DNA of 64,000 nt from Lama glama (lineage: Eukaryota). Below, in pieces: positions 63,716 to 64,000 of this stretch; the stretch's first letter is position 1, and each line of letters begins with the position of its first letter. Both the position numbers and the translations under genes were made by a program. The stretch is taken from positions 37,636,001 through 37,700,000 of the forward strand of contig CM052817.1 of the NCBI GenBank assembly GCA_028534125.1, in the 5' to 3' direction. The notes under the pieces were generated by a model. It was not told the DNA's origin. It saw only the letters and a program-made list of their open reading frames with translations, and did not search any database.

Positions 63716-64000
63716 TAGAACGGTGAACTTTAATTTAGTATGATTTAATTTAGTATAGCCGAATTTTAAAACAAAATGTTTACTGTGAAACTATATGACT
63801 AATAATATCCTAAACTTAAAAACTGGTGGCTTTTATATAAGGAAAGTGAGTGGGCATGAAGGGTGAAGCATAAAATACTTGAATAGTGTAGTTTCAAAAG
63901 TTTCAAAATTAAAATGGTGTATTTTTGCCTTTCCTCTCTTTCCTTTTTCCTCAGTGGTAATCATTGCATTGTATTTTATACAAATTATCCAGAGTAGAGC

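Noticed and set aside
1..64000. CRISPR array, operon or other prokaryotic/viral system
   Set aside because: No regularly spaced repeat-spacer units and no long ORFs; the sequence is typical mammalian intronic and intergenic DNA

Overview
Mammalian genomic DNA, AT-rich and repeat-dense, most likely camelid: three ~100-120 bp tRNA-derived SINEs resemble the camelid Vic-1 family. No complete protein-coding gene, RNA gene, CRISPR array or prokaryotic-type system is visible. The central feature is a CpG-island promoter at ~38.7-39.8 kb. It drives a minus-strand gene that I cannot name, with exon 1 ending at a strong donor at 38741, a candidate 39-nt exon at 28359-28397 and a candidate 79-nt exon at 1483-1561; the gene continues off the left end. 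The island probably also drives a divergent plus-strand spliced transcript (donor after 39820). The rest is intron or intergenic sequence with L1, L2, MIR, MaLR/ERVL LTR and hAT/Tigger relics, microsatellites and a 500-N gap. The best leads are a spliced micro-ORF across the two small exons plus several uORFs, a ~960 bp polyadenylation-signal-bearing segment retroposed into an old L1, an L1 with an apparent 106 bp 3' transduction, and a possible upstream alternative first exon at ~48.6-49 kb. None is shown to be a new biological system. Repeat family names come from remembered consensus motifs, not from a database search.
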